Assembly: GCA_951406725.2 (NCBI GenBank)
Contig: OX597829.1
Span: 41,292,001 to 41,356,000, forward strand
Length of the DNA: 64,000 nucleotides
Direction: 5' to 3'
From: Octopus vulgaris
Lineage: Eukaryota
A model generated the notes under the pieces. The model was not told the origin of the DNA and did not search any database. It worked only from the letters and a program-made list of their open reading frames with translations. The position numbers and the translations under genes were made by a program. The stretch's first letter is position 1, and every line of letters begins with the position of its first letter. This document shows positions 37,283 through 50,590 of the stretch, piece by piece.

Positions 37283-38428
37283 CTGCAGAGTACATGAGAG
37301 ACAAGACCATATAAATAAAACTGTGGATAAGCTGTGTGAACAACGTGTTACTATTGAATAAGGCATGCAGAAAAGATGATTAACCTAGACATACAATAGA
37401 TAATCTATGGTCAACTTATGTGTAAAACTCAGTGGAATTGTGATGGGGGAGGGAAGCCGGATATTTAAAGAGCTGTGTAATATCATCATCATCATTATCA
37501 TTACCATCATCGTTTAATGTCCGCTTTCCATGCTAGCATGGGTTGGACAATTTTGACTGAGGGCTGGTGATCCAGATGGTTGCATCGGGCTCCAATCTTG
37601 ATTTGGATGCCCTTCCTAACGCCAACCACTCCGAGAGTGTAGTGGGTGCTTTTACATGCCACAAGCACAGGGGCCAGTCAGGTAGTACTGGCAATGACCT
37701 CGCTGAAATCTTTTTACAGATGTCACCGGCACAGGTGCCAGTAAGGCGATGCTGGTAACGATCATGCTCAAAAGGTGCCCTTTTACGTGCCACGATCACG
37801 CTCGGATGGTGCTCTTGCCACCCTACTAGCACGGGGCACAAGTGCCAGTAAGGCGATGCTGGTAACAATCACAGTCGAATGGTGCCTTTTATGTGCCACT
37901 GGCACGGAAGCCGGTTAGCTGCTCTGTCAATGATCACGCTCGTATGGTGCTCTTTGCACGACATATGATGTGAATGAATAGTGTGTCGAGTGAAAAGGTA
38001 TGGTATGTGTATAAGTTCAATATCACACACACACACACAAATATATAATTAACACTTTAGCATTCAGATTTCTTGTCAAATCCAATGCCTATTTATTTAC
38101 ATTGTTTTGAATTAATGACACGATATCTTGGAGCTTCAAGATTTCAGTGGTGTATTTGTATGTTTTATAAAATGACATTGTAGGGCAGGTGTGAAAGGCT
38201 AGATATGGTGGGTTTGAACATAAAACAGGTAGAATATTTGGGCTGGATTAAATAAATGCTAAAAGGTTAACTGGCAGAGAGTACATAAGTAACTCAAGCG
38301 TTGAGAGCTTCATGCACTGACACTTATCAAATTATTGACCCTTGTGTCACTCAGTAACTTCTGCTGTTTAATAAAAAAATTGTTTGCGTGTGTATGTATG
38401 TATGTATATATATATATATATATATATA

Positions 38429-38490
38429 GGCAATAATGGAGGAATTCAAGACAGGATGCCCCTGGGAGCTCCTCTATGCTGATGACCTTG
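38429..38490 (+). mobile_element. Very short RTE RT fragment next to (TA)n
   Basis: MEEFKTGCPWELLYADDL. Confidence 0.75.
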
Positions 38491-39119
38491 ATGATCTCTT
38501 AACTTCAAGATTTCAATGATGTTTATTTGTAGAATGACACTATAGGATAGGTGTGAAAGGCCAGACCTGGGCCAGTTTAAACATAGAACAGGAAGAACAT
38601 TTGGTCAGGATATGGCTAGTCTAAATGCTAATGGGTTAAACCTGTACGAATAAAGAAATAATTAGAATGTGCATGTGTGAGTAGCAGAAAAATCCCTCCC
38701 ACCAAACCACCAACTTTTCTCTTTCTCCATCACCATACATTCTCACTCTTCACACACACATATATATAAATATATATACATATATATATTCGTCCAACCC
38801 ACGCTAGCATGGAAAGCGGATGTTAAACAATGATGATGATATACATATATACATACATATACATATATACATACATATACATATATATATATATATCATG
38901 ATAGAGCGTTAGCTACTACACACATTTTTCTCTCCTTGTTTTTTCTGTGTCCCTTTCTGTAGAAGAGCGTAGGCTCGAAAGGTAAAAGACCTTTTCTATT
39001 CCTGAGCGTTATACTAATACATATGTTTGTTTTGTACACCACCTGTCTTCATCTTTTTTTTTCTCTTAAACTCTCCCTATATATACATATATATACATAG
39101 ATACATATACATATGTAAT

Positions 39120-39727
39120 CTATGCTGCCAACAAAGCACGCGGAATTCTGTTCTTGATTCGACGGTCATTCGGAATGCTCACAGCAGCCATATTCCTACC
39201 ACTCTATGTCACACTGGTGAGTTCAAGCCGCTTCTCCTTATCTCCTCAAAGACATACAGCATCTCGAAAGAGTCCAGAAGCTGGCTACCCGCATGGTTCA
39301 TGGTCTCAAAAATTTGTCCTATGAAGAAAGGCTGAGGACGCTCGACCTTTATTCTCTAGAAAAACGCTGCTGCCGTGGTGACCTCATTCTCGCCCACAAC
39401 ATCATAAGCGGAAAGTGTAACCTCTCAAAAGAGCTGTTCTTCACTCCTGCTCCAGAGCATCGGCTGCGGGGTCATTCCGAAAAGCTCTACCTGCAACGAT
39501 TTCATCTCAATCGAAGGAGAGGAGCTTTCTCCGTCCGGGTTGCAGATCCGTGGAACAAGCTGCCAGACGAGATGGTGAAGATGCCGACGACCGCTTTGTT
39601 CAAAGCCTCCCTTGACCTCAAGTGGCCTGAACTCTTTACATGAACACCACCCTGTACTTAACTCCATGTCCCCCTACATGGCCTTGCTATTTGCTTTTGA
39701 GTCAAATTAACTAACTAACAAACTAAC
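39120..39727 (+). mobile_element. CR1-group LINE 3' fragment
   Basis: GLKNLSYEERLRTLDLYSLEKR..RGDLI...LRGHSEKL...FSVRVADPWNKLP; (CTAA)n tail. Confidence 0.9.
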
Positions 39728-40027
39728 ATATATATACATATACATATACATATATATATACATATATATATACATATATATACATATACATACATATATA
39801 TAGTAGCGAGAAGTTGAGGTTATAAGAGATAACGGTGTCATTGATACCCAAAGGCGTCAGGTAAAGCTTATAAGTGCTATAGACAGACCATAGTTAAGTT
39901 CCAGATTCAGTAGTATTGCGAATATAGGGTTCAACGTTGGTTCTATGTCAACATATGTTTATAAGAATTTTTTGCATAAGATAAAAAACCAAGGCTGTAT
40001 AGATATTAGAGCATTTATAGATAGATG

Positions 40028-40079
40028 GTCTTACATCTGTTTCTAGGATATTTATTAATAATATCCCTTCATCAGAGAC
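40028..40079 (-). ncRNA. Minimal type-I hammerhead ribozyme motif (Penelope-type)
   Basis: GTCT-CTGATGA-AGGGATATT(loop)AATATCCTA-GAAAC-AGAT-GTA-AGAC. Confidence 0.65.
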
Positions 40080-40155
40080 AGTGTATCTTGGTCCTTTGTC
40101 ATCTCATCTGAAAGGTTCAGCATTCTGAGGTCATCATTCAGCACTTCATCCCATA

Positions 40156-40203
<48 letters not shown>

Positions 40204-40378
40204 CAGTAAATTAAACTCCCTGCCTTTGATTTACTACTAATGTAGACAAATGTCTGCAACATTGCAATGGAATCTATTCCAACTCATTCCTGCCTAATGA
40301 CTTAATCCTATGGTAACAACATGCTGTATTAGAACCAAGGGGAAACAGAGTTTATTTAATGAAATACTCCTTATAATA

Positions 40379-40482
40379 TCACCTGATGAAACACTTCTGC
40401 ACCAAATGATGCACCACAACCAGTTGTACAGTCTCCCACCTACAAGGGATCAATGCAGGATGTGTTGAAACGATCATTGTGA
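40379..40482 (+). ncRNA. Decayed hammerhead motif with long stem II
   Basis: TCAC-CTGATGA-AACACTTCTGCA...TGCAGGATGTGTT-GAAAC-GATC-ATT-GTGA. Confidence 0.55.
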
Positions 40483-40807
40483 GCAATAAAGTTCCTCGTA
40501 TATATTCTATTTTCTGTCTCCATCATTTCTTATATACTCAATAAACACTGAAGAATTCCTGAGTAGATCCACTGACAACTGCGTAAATACTATGGATGAT
40601 ATCAGGCAGCCATAGACAGTGAAAGTGCTTTATCAGCTAACTACTATGAACATACCCAACACATAACGAATTACTTACATTTATATAAATATATATATAT
40701 ATATGTACTTTTATATATATATATATATAATATTGGCTATCAGATATGGTTGTAAATTTTATTTACCAAACACATGTTTGAAAATTGCAAACATCCATAA
40801 AGTGTTT

Positions 40808-42118
40808 ATAATGACAAATAAAAGGAAGAGTGACTAAATGATTTTACTACTTCACTTTACAATTATGACATTTTAGTTTAATGCAATCAATCTTGCAATG
40901 TTAGGTAATAATTCATGCAACTATTGATAACTTTTCCATGTGTTGTTCAGAGTAACTTTAGTACCACATGTTGGATAAGATCCTTCAAATCTGCATACAA
41001 ATATGATAGTATTATTTTGTATGCACTTCTGAATAACCTTATCCACCATCTATAATATACTAAAAATCAGTTTGATTCTTGCTTGCTTGCTTGCAGTATT
41101 ACTCAACCAAACTGGTGCATAATGGGAAAATACTATGAATTAAGTTACCCTGAAATTTTAATACAAACAGAATGAAACAAGTTTTGCATAAATCGGTAAA
41201 GTGGTTTTCAAGAGATTAGAGATTTTCAGGGTAAAAATAGCTAAAATGGTGCATAATGGGAAAATGTTCTGAAAATAATCTTCATCCTGAAAGGGAAGAA
41301 ACTCTTATCTTTCTATTAGACAATGAGTTGACAACGAAAAAATATGTTGTTTCTTTTACAGTAAATGTTTCTATTTTTCACTTTTGTTAAACACAGTATT
41401 TTAATCATTTAGAAATATTTTTAAGTGAATGTGATTTCAAAAATTTAAGTTGTTTGTACAGTAAGTATTTATATTTTAGCTTTCTTTAAACACAATATTT
41501 TAATGTTTTTTCAATTATATTTAAGTGAATACCATTACAAAAATTTTTTTGGCATATTTAAAAAATATTTTAAAGGGAAAATGACTTTAAAAATACAGCA
41601 AATACTTCATAAAAGATAAGTTTGTAACATCATTGTGAAATAGTTTTTTTTCCATAGGTTTTTTTTTTAGTGCATTCAACATATGTGGTTGCTATTTCTA
41701 GCATGCCATGCAACTATGTAACAGCTATTTGTGATAAAGGACCCAAATAACTGTTACATGGTAGCAGGACATGCAAGAAATAGCAACCAAATATTTCCTT
41801 TTCTGGGGAAAGGAGCTGTTTACATGTGATTTCGATGCTACATTTGTTGAAAGCATGCGAAATAACCTGGAAAAGAAAAAAAAACCCACAAAACAAAAAA
41901 CGGTTGCTGGGAAACTCAGAGTTACCTGGTGACTCAACAGATCGTGGGTAGTCTAGTGTAGTATTAAAGTTACCCTGAACAGCACATGGAAAGTAATCGA
42001 ATAGTTGCATGAATTATTACATAATGTTGCAAGATTGATTACATTGAGCTAAAATAATTGTAAACTGAAATAGCAAAATGATTTGCTCACTCCATTTTTT
42101 TTCTTAGTTGTTATTATA
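40808..42118. mobile_element. Non-autonomous DNA element with ~160-bp imperfect TIRs
   Basis: 40810-40967 is the imperfect reverse complement of 41957-42117 (e.g. GTAATAATTCATGCAACTATT / AATAGTTGCATGAATTATTAC). Confidence 0.7.
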
Positions 42119-42161
42119 TATATACACACACACATACATACGTGTGTGTGTGTGCATGTAC

Positions 42162-42208
<47 letters not shown>

Positions 42209-42538
42209 GTCTATGACTTAACAAAGCTACCAAGGGTTTCATGAGTTAAATGATAAAATGATATCCACAATTTTTCAAGCACTCAACTTACAAATGTTGG
42301 TAATCATCTTCGTTTGATGAGAATACCAAAATGGAAACAATTACTAGTACTTTTAAGTGAACTGGTTGAAGAATTGTAGGTATCTTATTCAACTATTGAT
42401 AGTTTTGTTAATCCAAAAATAAAGAATATTTAACCACCAAATGTGGTGTTGAACACTCACTGTCATTGTTTGATACCACTATATATATATATATATATTT
42501 GTACATATGTCTCTTGGACATGCCATCATGTACATAAA

Positions 42539-42571
<33 letters not shown>

Positions 42572-42573
<2 letters not shown>

Positions 42574-42971
42574 GGCCGTTGCCAGCGCCACCTTGACTGG
42601 CTTCTGTGTGGCACATAAAAAGCACCATCCGAATGTGGCCGATGCCAGTGCTGCCTCGACTGGCTCCAGTGCCGGTGGCACATAAAAAGCACCATCCGAA
42701 CGTGGCCATTGCCAGCGCCGCCTTGGCTGGCTTCCGTGCCGGTGGCACGTTAAAAGCTCCAACTGATGCCGGACCCCCCTGGCACCTGTGCAGGAGGCAT
42801 GTAAAAAGCACCCACTACACTCGCGGAGTGGTTGGCGTTAGGAAGGGCATCCAGCTGTAGAAACTCTGCCAGATCAGACTGGAGCCTGGTGCAGCCCCTG
42901 GCTTCCCAGACCCCGGTCGAACCGTCCAACCCGTGCTAGCGCGGAAAACGAACGTTAAACGATGATGATGA
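42572..42971 (+). mobile_element. RTE 3' UTR-only copy, representative of about 15 similar copies (e.g. 700-855, 12035-12380, 21533-21965, 22254-22525, 26785-27133, 31412-31597, 34910-35146, 35462-35686, 37482-37960, 44236-44553, 47508-47752)
   Basis: Shared GTTGGCGTTAGGAAGGGCATCCAGCTGTAGAAAC...CCATGCTAGCATGG...CGTTAAAC(GAT)n end. Confidence 0.88.
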
Positions 42972-42992
42972 TATGTTACTGTATCATTCAGA

Positions 42993-43975
42993 CATCATCA
43001 TCATCCAGTTAAAGGGGGTGGCTGAATCTACCTTAATGCCATAACAACCACCCTCACGCCATCTCACCCGGTTTTGGGCATCCTCTTTTTAAAACCAACA
43101 CTCCCAATCGCCTCCTCCTGTTCCCTCCATCTTTTCCTCAGTCTACCTCGCTTTTATGCTTCATTTACCTCAAATGCAATCACCCTCCTCAGAACACACT
43201 CTTCATCCCTCCTCAACACATGCCCATACCACCTCACTACTTTTGTCCTTGGCAGCCATTCCACCGATTCCTCCTACCCCAGCATTCCCATCAAATCTTC
43301 AGTACTCCTCTTATCAAACAGCTTCACCCCACACATTTCTCTCTCAGTCCTTCTCAAAATTACCACCTCTCATACAACTCTTATAGACCCTTCCTTTTAT
43401 CGTTAATGAGAATGTTTTGCCAAACAAATGTGCTCCACATTCCTTGTACTTCACCCAGCCAAGTCTTGCACTTGCTGTCACAGCTGCTTCACATTCAACC
43501 TATCTCCCAAATAACAAAACCCGCTCACCGTTTCCACCAGCCCTCCAGCTCCTTTCTCACATCTACAAACAAACTCTCTCACCAGTCTTGATGTCACCTT
43601 CTTCATTTTTGTACATCTATCATGAATCTATTTCTCACATCTCATACACAACACTGCATTTGCCATTACTCTCCTCCCACATACACCACATGGATCCACC
43701 TTACTCACTAACACTTCTCCTTTCATCCCGCTCACCATCACCTTTGTCTTCCCGAGGTTTACCTTTAAACCTTTGCTTCCAAACGCCTCCTCCCATTTCT
43801 AAAACTTCTCCCTCAATCCTTCCATTGTCTCACTCATCGGAACGAGGTCATCCGCATACAGAATCTCCATTATTAGTCCCTCTCTTATACTTTGTCACCA
43901 TCTCAACTAGTCTATCACTCAGACAAATGTTATACACCGCTGGTTGCTATGTGCTTCCAAATCTTTCTTGATTGC
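42993..43975 (-). mobile_element. Old RTE-clade LINE fragment (second family, also with a PHD-like insert)
   Basis: Minus frame EILYADDLVPMSET...SKGLKVNLGKTKVMVSG...DPCGVCGRRVMANAVLC...RWYGHVLRRDEE; (GAT)n tail near 42993. Confidence 0.85.
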
Positions 43976-44799
43976 ACCATTCTTCCCCCAATCTTCCCTT
44001 CAATCTTCCCCCAAAAAAGTTTGTGCTGGCAATAATTTCAATAGAAAATCTGTAGAGATGACCTTACACATGATTTAAGTGCACTGCTAACACAGTAGTA
44101 CACAGTATTAACTTTTGAAAATGTTTAATATAATTTGTTGCATAACAAAATACTCTCTACCTACAAGCCATTAATATTTACATACCAGCTTCCAGGAATG
44201 TGTTTAATATGTAAATTGGTATACCTAATAATGAACTGGTGGCACGTGAAAAAAACATTTGAGCAAGGTCGTTGCCAGTGCTGCTGGACTGGCTCCTGTG
44301 CCAGTGGCACATAAAAAGCACCATTTAAGTGTGGCCGTTGCCAGTACTGCCTGACTGGCCCTCGTGCCGGTGGAACTTTAAAAGCACCCACTACACTCTC
44401 GGAGTGGTTGGCGTTAGGAAGGGCATCCAGCTGTAGAAACTCTGCCAGATCTGATTGGAGCCTGGTGCAGCCATCTGGTTCGCCAGTTCTCAGTCAAATC
44501 ATCCAACCCATGCAAGCATGGAAAGCGGATGTTAAACGATGATGATGATGATGTTATTTTGCTATATGTAATGGCTATTTAAGCAATGAGTTTATGGATA
44601 ATTAATGGGTTGGATGGGTTCTGATGAAGGAGGCAAAAACTCATGAAATATGGCATATGCATCCCTTACCCATTTTTTTTTCATCTCCAATCTCATTGTT
44701 TACATCTGACATCTCAGATATGAAACGTCATAACAAAATCAGTGCCAGCTAAAATTTCTGCTGAAAATCAGTAGAGATGACCTTAACATCTAACTAAAT

Positions 44800-45590
44800 T
44801 GTCTTCGCATCATTATGGAGACATTCCAAGTAGTTCAAACTCTTGGACACTACTCAGCAACTGCACAGGTCCACCCGTTGTCAGTGAACCTTGCAACATA
44901 TCCTATTCAGCTTCTGTTATTTTGCAATCACATCAATCACTCTGCTCCTTTTTCAAATTGGACCATGTTCTCATAATGACATTCCAAGTATGGATCTTTC
45001 CTTGGCTTTTAGTGCCATAGCTAACTGATGTTTCCCCCCCCCCCCACTTCGTAGTGGCCTACATCTCACATGTATATTATTGCACAGATAGAACAGTACT
45101 ACTGAAGAGTCTGGCATGTATGGTCTTGTCCTGCTTTGCTTTGAGAACATCCGTTAATGAAGTAAACACTCTCCATCCTGCCTTATTCTCCTTGAGATTT
45201 CAGCATCCTTCTTTTAGGGTGTGCCCTTAGCAGATGTACTCCTTTACCTCTTCAATTTCATTGCTTCCCACATCTATTCAATCTTTTGCAGTTTTCAGAC
45301 AACATGTATTTTGATTTCATGCAGTTCCTTTGAAGTTCTACAGCTGAGCTATTGGTGTGCAAGTCTGTCAGCAGAGTCTGAAGCTGATCTATGGTTTTAG
45401 CAATGAGTTCAGTGTCTTCTGCGAATTGGTGGTGAGTTAGTAGATCAGCATTGATGTTCACACCATCTGTTCAATCAATGTATCAATTGACCATTACTAG
45501 ACATGCAGTGAAGCACTTTAGAGAGATGGTAACTCCTTGTTTGGCACCCTTCCCAATTGCACAAGTACTCAACACCATAGTAGAGATTAA
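44800..45590 (-). mobile_element. Decayed RTE-like RT fragment
   Basis: KGAKQGVTIS...HQFAEDTELIA (degenerate QG and ADD motifs). Confidence 0.7.
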
Positions 45591-45595
45591 TTATT

Positions 45596-45965
45596 TCTAT
45601 ATATATAAACGGCAAAATGTCTCTGTGTGTGTGTGTGTGTCCTTTATACAAATCCACAATTTTTCAGTTAGAGGGTTCGCACTTTCTATGGTCATTGAAA
45701 ACCGTCCAAGGGTGGTCATGCACATCTTTACATTTCCCCAGTCACCCCGCAAAGCCATTAAAAAATCAATAGAAGTGACTTTTTTGTGAATTTTCTATCC
45801 AAAATCCAATCAAAATGCCCGAAACTTGATACGTCAATTGAATGCCAGCTAGCTGTATGTGATTGGTCGGAGATTTGGACAGTACTCGTGTGTTTGTGCG
45901 CACGCATGCAGCTGTATATGCATGCACTAGCACTATGACCCGGCGTTGCCGGGTCATAGTGCTAG
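45596..45965 (+). mobile_element. Non-autonomous Helitron-like element
   Basis: 5' TCTATATATATAAA; 3' GC hairpin plus CTAG followed by T; no TSD; second copy at 19076-19453. Confidence 0.78.
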
Positions 45966-46455
45966 TATATTTTATTTTGGTTTTCAGTTTGGTCTTGTCC
46001 TGCTTTGCTTTGAGAACATCCGTTATTGAAGTAAACACTCTCCATCCTGCCTTATTCTCCTTGAGATTTCAGCATCCTTCTTTTAGGGTGTGCCCTTAGT
46101 AAATGTACCCTTTTACTTCTTCAATTTCATTGCATCCCACCTCTATTCGACCTTTTGCTGTTTTCAGACATGTAGAGGTTAATTATATATTTTAATAGTA
46201 GAGTTTAATTGTATATTTCATTTTGGTTGTCAGTTTTTTGCTACTCTGAGTTTCGCTTCTTACTCACATTTTCCCTTTTCATGTTTCTCTTTGTTTTTCT
46301 TTTACCTCTTTTATCATTGCTTCCCTTCTTTCCACTACCCTGCCCTATGACAAGAAACATATAGATGTGCAAATCTCATGATTCTTCAGTCATAACTTGC
46401 CTGAAAGCCCTGTGCACTGATAGGTTGAACTCAGAGTAGCAAAAGATTGACTCAA

Positions 46456-46496
<41 letters not shown>

Positions 46497-46811
46497 GTAA
46501 GACTTTATTATTGTTCACTGATATTTTTTCCTATCATGTCTGTAATGGATTTGTGACTATTTGGTGGTACAGAAGTATTTTTTTACTTCTGTCTTTAGCG
46601 ATATAGGTACTCATGTAGTACCCTTGTGTATATATGTACACGTCTAATATTGTATGTATATATTTTATTAATTTGCCTGTATGGCTGATAATTCGCTTAA
46701 CACTCATGATGGTATTTTAATAATACCATCCCTATATATATATATCTGGCATATACAGGTGCTTACACTTATCAAGTATTCACCCTGAATTCATTGTACC
46801 TAACTCACCTT

Positions 46812-46861
<50 letters not shown>

Positions 46862-49691
46862 TTTGGTCAGCCCAGGGTTTTTGCAGAAGACACTTCCTAA
46901 GGTGCCACATAGTGAGATTGAACCCAAAACTATGTGATTGGGAAGCAAACTTCTTGACCACACAGTCAGTGAGTGTGTGTGTGTGAGAGCATGTGTAGAA
47001 AAGAAAACAAAACATGAGAGATTGTTTACAAGATATTTAATTACACAATCCTATGCAGGTTTCAATAGCTTAAAAGTGGTGCATGGAAACCTAATACATA
47101 ATACAAAATTACAAATTGTGCAGTCACCACCAACTAACAAATTGTCAGGGACATGTAATTGTTAAATGTGATACTGTTGAAGTGAACAGGTGACAGTAAC
47201 GATCATCATGGAGATAACTTGTGACCTAGTGGTTGCCGGGCGAAATGCTTAGCGGTATTTCGACTGCCGTTACGTTCTGAGTGCAAATTTCGCTGAGGTC
47301 AATTTTGCCTTTCATCCTTTCGGGGTCGATTTAATAAGTACCAGTTACACACTGGGGTCGATGTAATCGACTTAATCCATTTGTCTGTCCTTGTTTGTCC
47401 CCTCTATGTTTAGCCCCTTGTAGGCAATAAAGAAATAAATATATACATAGAAAGGTGTGTATGTATATCTCATATACATACACATATCACAATTGATATA
47501 TATATATATCATCATCATCATTTAGCGTCCACTTTCCATGCTAGCATGGGTTGGACGATTCAACTGGGATCTGTGAAGCCAGAAGGCTGCATCAAGCCCA
47601 GTCTGATCTGGCAGTGTTTCTACGGCTGGATGCCCTTCCTAACGCCAACCACTCCGTGAGTGTAGTGGGTGCTTTTTACGTGCCACCTGCACAGGTGCCA
47701 GACGGAGCTGGCAAACGGCCACGGACGGATGGTGCTTTTACGTGCCACCGGTACATATATATATAAAGTTAATCCAAACAAGAAAGCACAAAAAACACAA
47801 CAACGTGAGGACGTGGAACAAATATAGTATTATTGGACGCTCAGGAAAGAAGGAGGGTTTAACATTTCAAGCGGAGCTCTTCGTCAGAAACATAGGAGAA
47901 GGAAAGATCCAGAGAAGGGAAGACAGAGGAAAAAAAATCGCCAACGGCACACACGCGGTCACATTTTGATATATATCTATATATATCACATTTGACCATG
48001 CATTTACCTATGTTCACCAACCACTGCACCCCCATCTCTGCTTATCTCTCACTCTTCTTCAGCACTTTTGTCAACGTACCCACTCATTCTGATCAATTCT
48101 GTCTCCTCATATATTCCCCTTCCGCTAACTTGAGGGTACACTCTGACATGCCTTCACCTTCCACCTTTATCTCCTCTGTTTTCAAGGGTAGCCATGTATC
48201 TTCACTAAAACAAGACAGCTGTTCCCATCTCTCTATCATACTTTAACCTCCTATCACCTGGCATAAAGCACCTCCCTCAATATTACACCTTTTGTCTTGC
48301 AAGTTACTTGGCAACCTCACTGGTGCTGGTTCCAAGTAGGAAGCACTCAACACACTCTGTAAAGTGGTTGGCATTAGGAAGGATCCCAACCATAGAAACC
48401 ATGCTCACCATGATAGATCGTTAGCCACTACACATTTTTTTTCTCTCCTTGTTTTTTCTGTGCCCCTTTCTGTAGAAGAGCGTAGGCTCGAAATGTAAAA
48501 GACTTTTTCTATTCCTGAGCGCTATACTAATACATCTGTTTGTTTTGTACACCACGCGTCTTCGTCTTATGTTTTTTTCCTAAACTCTCCCTAAAGCTTA
48601 CATTAGATTGCTTGCCACACCTCATTTTAAACGCACTAACGACCTATCACTCTCTTTTCACACTCTTGAGGACTTACCTCTTCCTCCATAATCCCTGATC
48701 CTGTTTGTATTCTCTTGAACTCATGTTTTTGCATCTTGAGGACACCTTTTCACTCTTCATCAACACCATCTTTATCTCTCTTTTCAGTTAATTCCATCCA
48801 CCCTTATATAATTACGTAAAACACCTGTTCCCACCATTCTATCATACTTTAGCTTCTCAACACCTAGCACAATACACAGTACACTCTGTCAAAAACGAGT
48901 CTCGCGTTCGGAAGGGCATCCAGTCGTAGAACCCGTGCCAAAGTAAACATTGGAGTTTGACAATGAAAAACCTGCCTCTTCAAACCCTCTCGAACTGTCC
49001 AACAACCTATGTCAGCATGGAAGGCGGTCATTAAACGATCACACACACTTAAACAATTAATCGGTACAAGTTGTGACTCAAGAGCCGACAGCTTCGAACA
49101 TTGGCCCTTATCAAACTCTCGCACCTTAGGTCACTAATCACTGCGCCTATTAAAATCATTTATACTGATGTTTTGAATTCAGTTTCTCTGTTTGCATCAC
49201 CAGTATGTGTGTGTGTGTGAGTGTGTTTGTTTTTATATATATATATACATCGAGAGAGAAATATATGTATATACTCTTTTACACGTTTCAGCCATTTCAC
49301 TGTGGCCATGCTGGAACACCACATTAAAGGGTTTTAGTCGAAGAAATCAAGCCCAGGACGCATTTATTGTAACCCTAATACTTATTCTATCGGTTTGTTT
49401 TGCCGAACCGCTAGGTTACAAGCACATAAAACACACTGACATAGGTTGTCAAGGGGATAAACGCAAAGACACACACAAATAAATGTGTGTGTGTGTGCAT
49501 ATATATATATATATATACGTGTATGTATATGTGAGTGTATGTATGTATATATATATGTGCGTGTATGTATGTATATATACATGTATATATATGTGTGCGT
49601 GTATGTATGTATATATACATGTATATATATATGTGTGCGTGTATATATATACGTATATGTATATGTGTGTGTGTATGTGTATATATGTATG

Positions 49692-49764
<73 letters not shown>

Positions 49765-50226
49765 ATAAATTTATGTATATATGTATGCATAATTCTACTA
49801 AGTTTTCTCATTATACTTAGTCCATATTACAGCAGAACAATTCTAAATCAATACAAATATCATTTCCACCCGAAGGAAAAAATAGTTTTTACATAGAACC
49901 TGGTAGTTAATAATAATTCGGGACAGAAATGAGAAGAAATTAAAGTTCATAACTTTTATACGTTGAAAAGTTCAAATAGAATAAAAAACATACATGGAAA
50001 TATACATCTGATGAAACATTATAAAATAAGGCATACATAAAAATTCATCAAGGATAATAAAACTAGTAAATAAAATTAAAAAATCGCTCCGAAAGTGCGA
50101 GCTGACGCGAAATGTTTGGGTGGATGTTATGAAAAAGAGGAATGGGTCTAACGAAATGGAAGGATTTTATGAAGCAATTAAACATGTATAATTGGAAAAT
50201 GTTTTTGTTTTAAACATATTTCTTAC

Positions 50227-50324
50227 CTGGCTACTATATTTTTATGTGGCTTAAACGTTTCTCTTAGGCTCAGTGTGGCAACTGGAGAACGTAGAACGGC
50301 CGAGAGCCGCGTGGTAAGATACAT
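50227..50324 (-). CDS. NIPSNAP: NipSnap exon 1 (start codon; probable mitochondrial presequence)
   Basis: GGCGCC-ATG context; encodes MYLTTRLSAVLRSPVATLSLRETFKPHKNIVA(R), rich in R/S/L/A; ends AG|gtaaga; 98 nt, phase 2 fits exon 2. Confidence 0.85.
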
Positions 50325-50419
50325 GGCGCCCAATGTAATGGGAATAGATTGATGTGAGAGACGACTACAGGGAAGTCAATGGCTGAAGGTGATATGGTGT
50401 GTAATAGAGGTTAAAGAGG

Positions 50420-50590
50420 GAGAGAGTGAGTGATTACAGAGAATACAGGAGAGAGAGGGAGGGAGTGATCACATCGAATATAGCAGAGAGAGTGAGGGAG
50501 TGATTACTTAGAGTGAACTAGAGAGGGGGTGATTACACAGCATATACGGGAGAGGGAGTGATTACATTGAATATACAAGAGAGGGAGTGG
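50420..50590. repeat. Five-unit GA-rich minisatellite (core GAGTGATTAC) just upstream of the NipSnap ATG
   Basis: Cores near 50428, 50463, 50499, 50527 and 50556, with 28-36 nt spacing. Confidence 0.75.

Noticed and set aside
43074-43971. Long plus-strand S/P/L/H-rich ORFs
   Set aside because: They are the antisense shadow of the decayed RTE on the minus strand.
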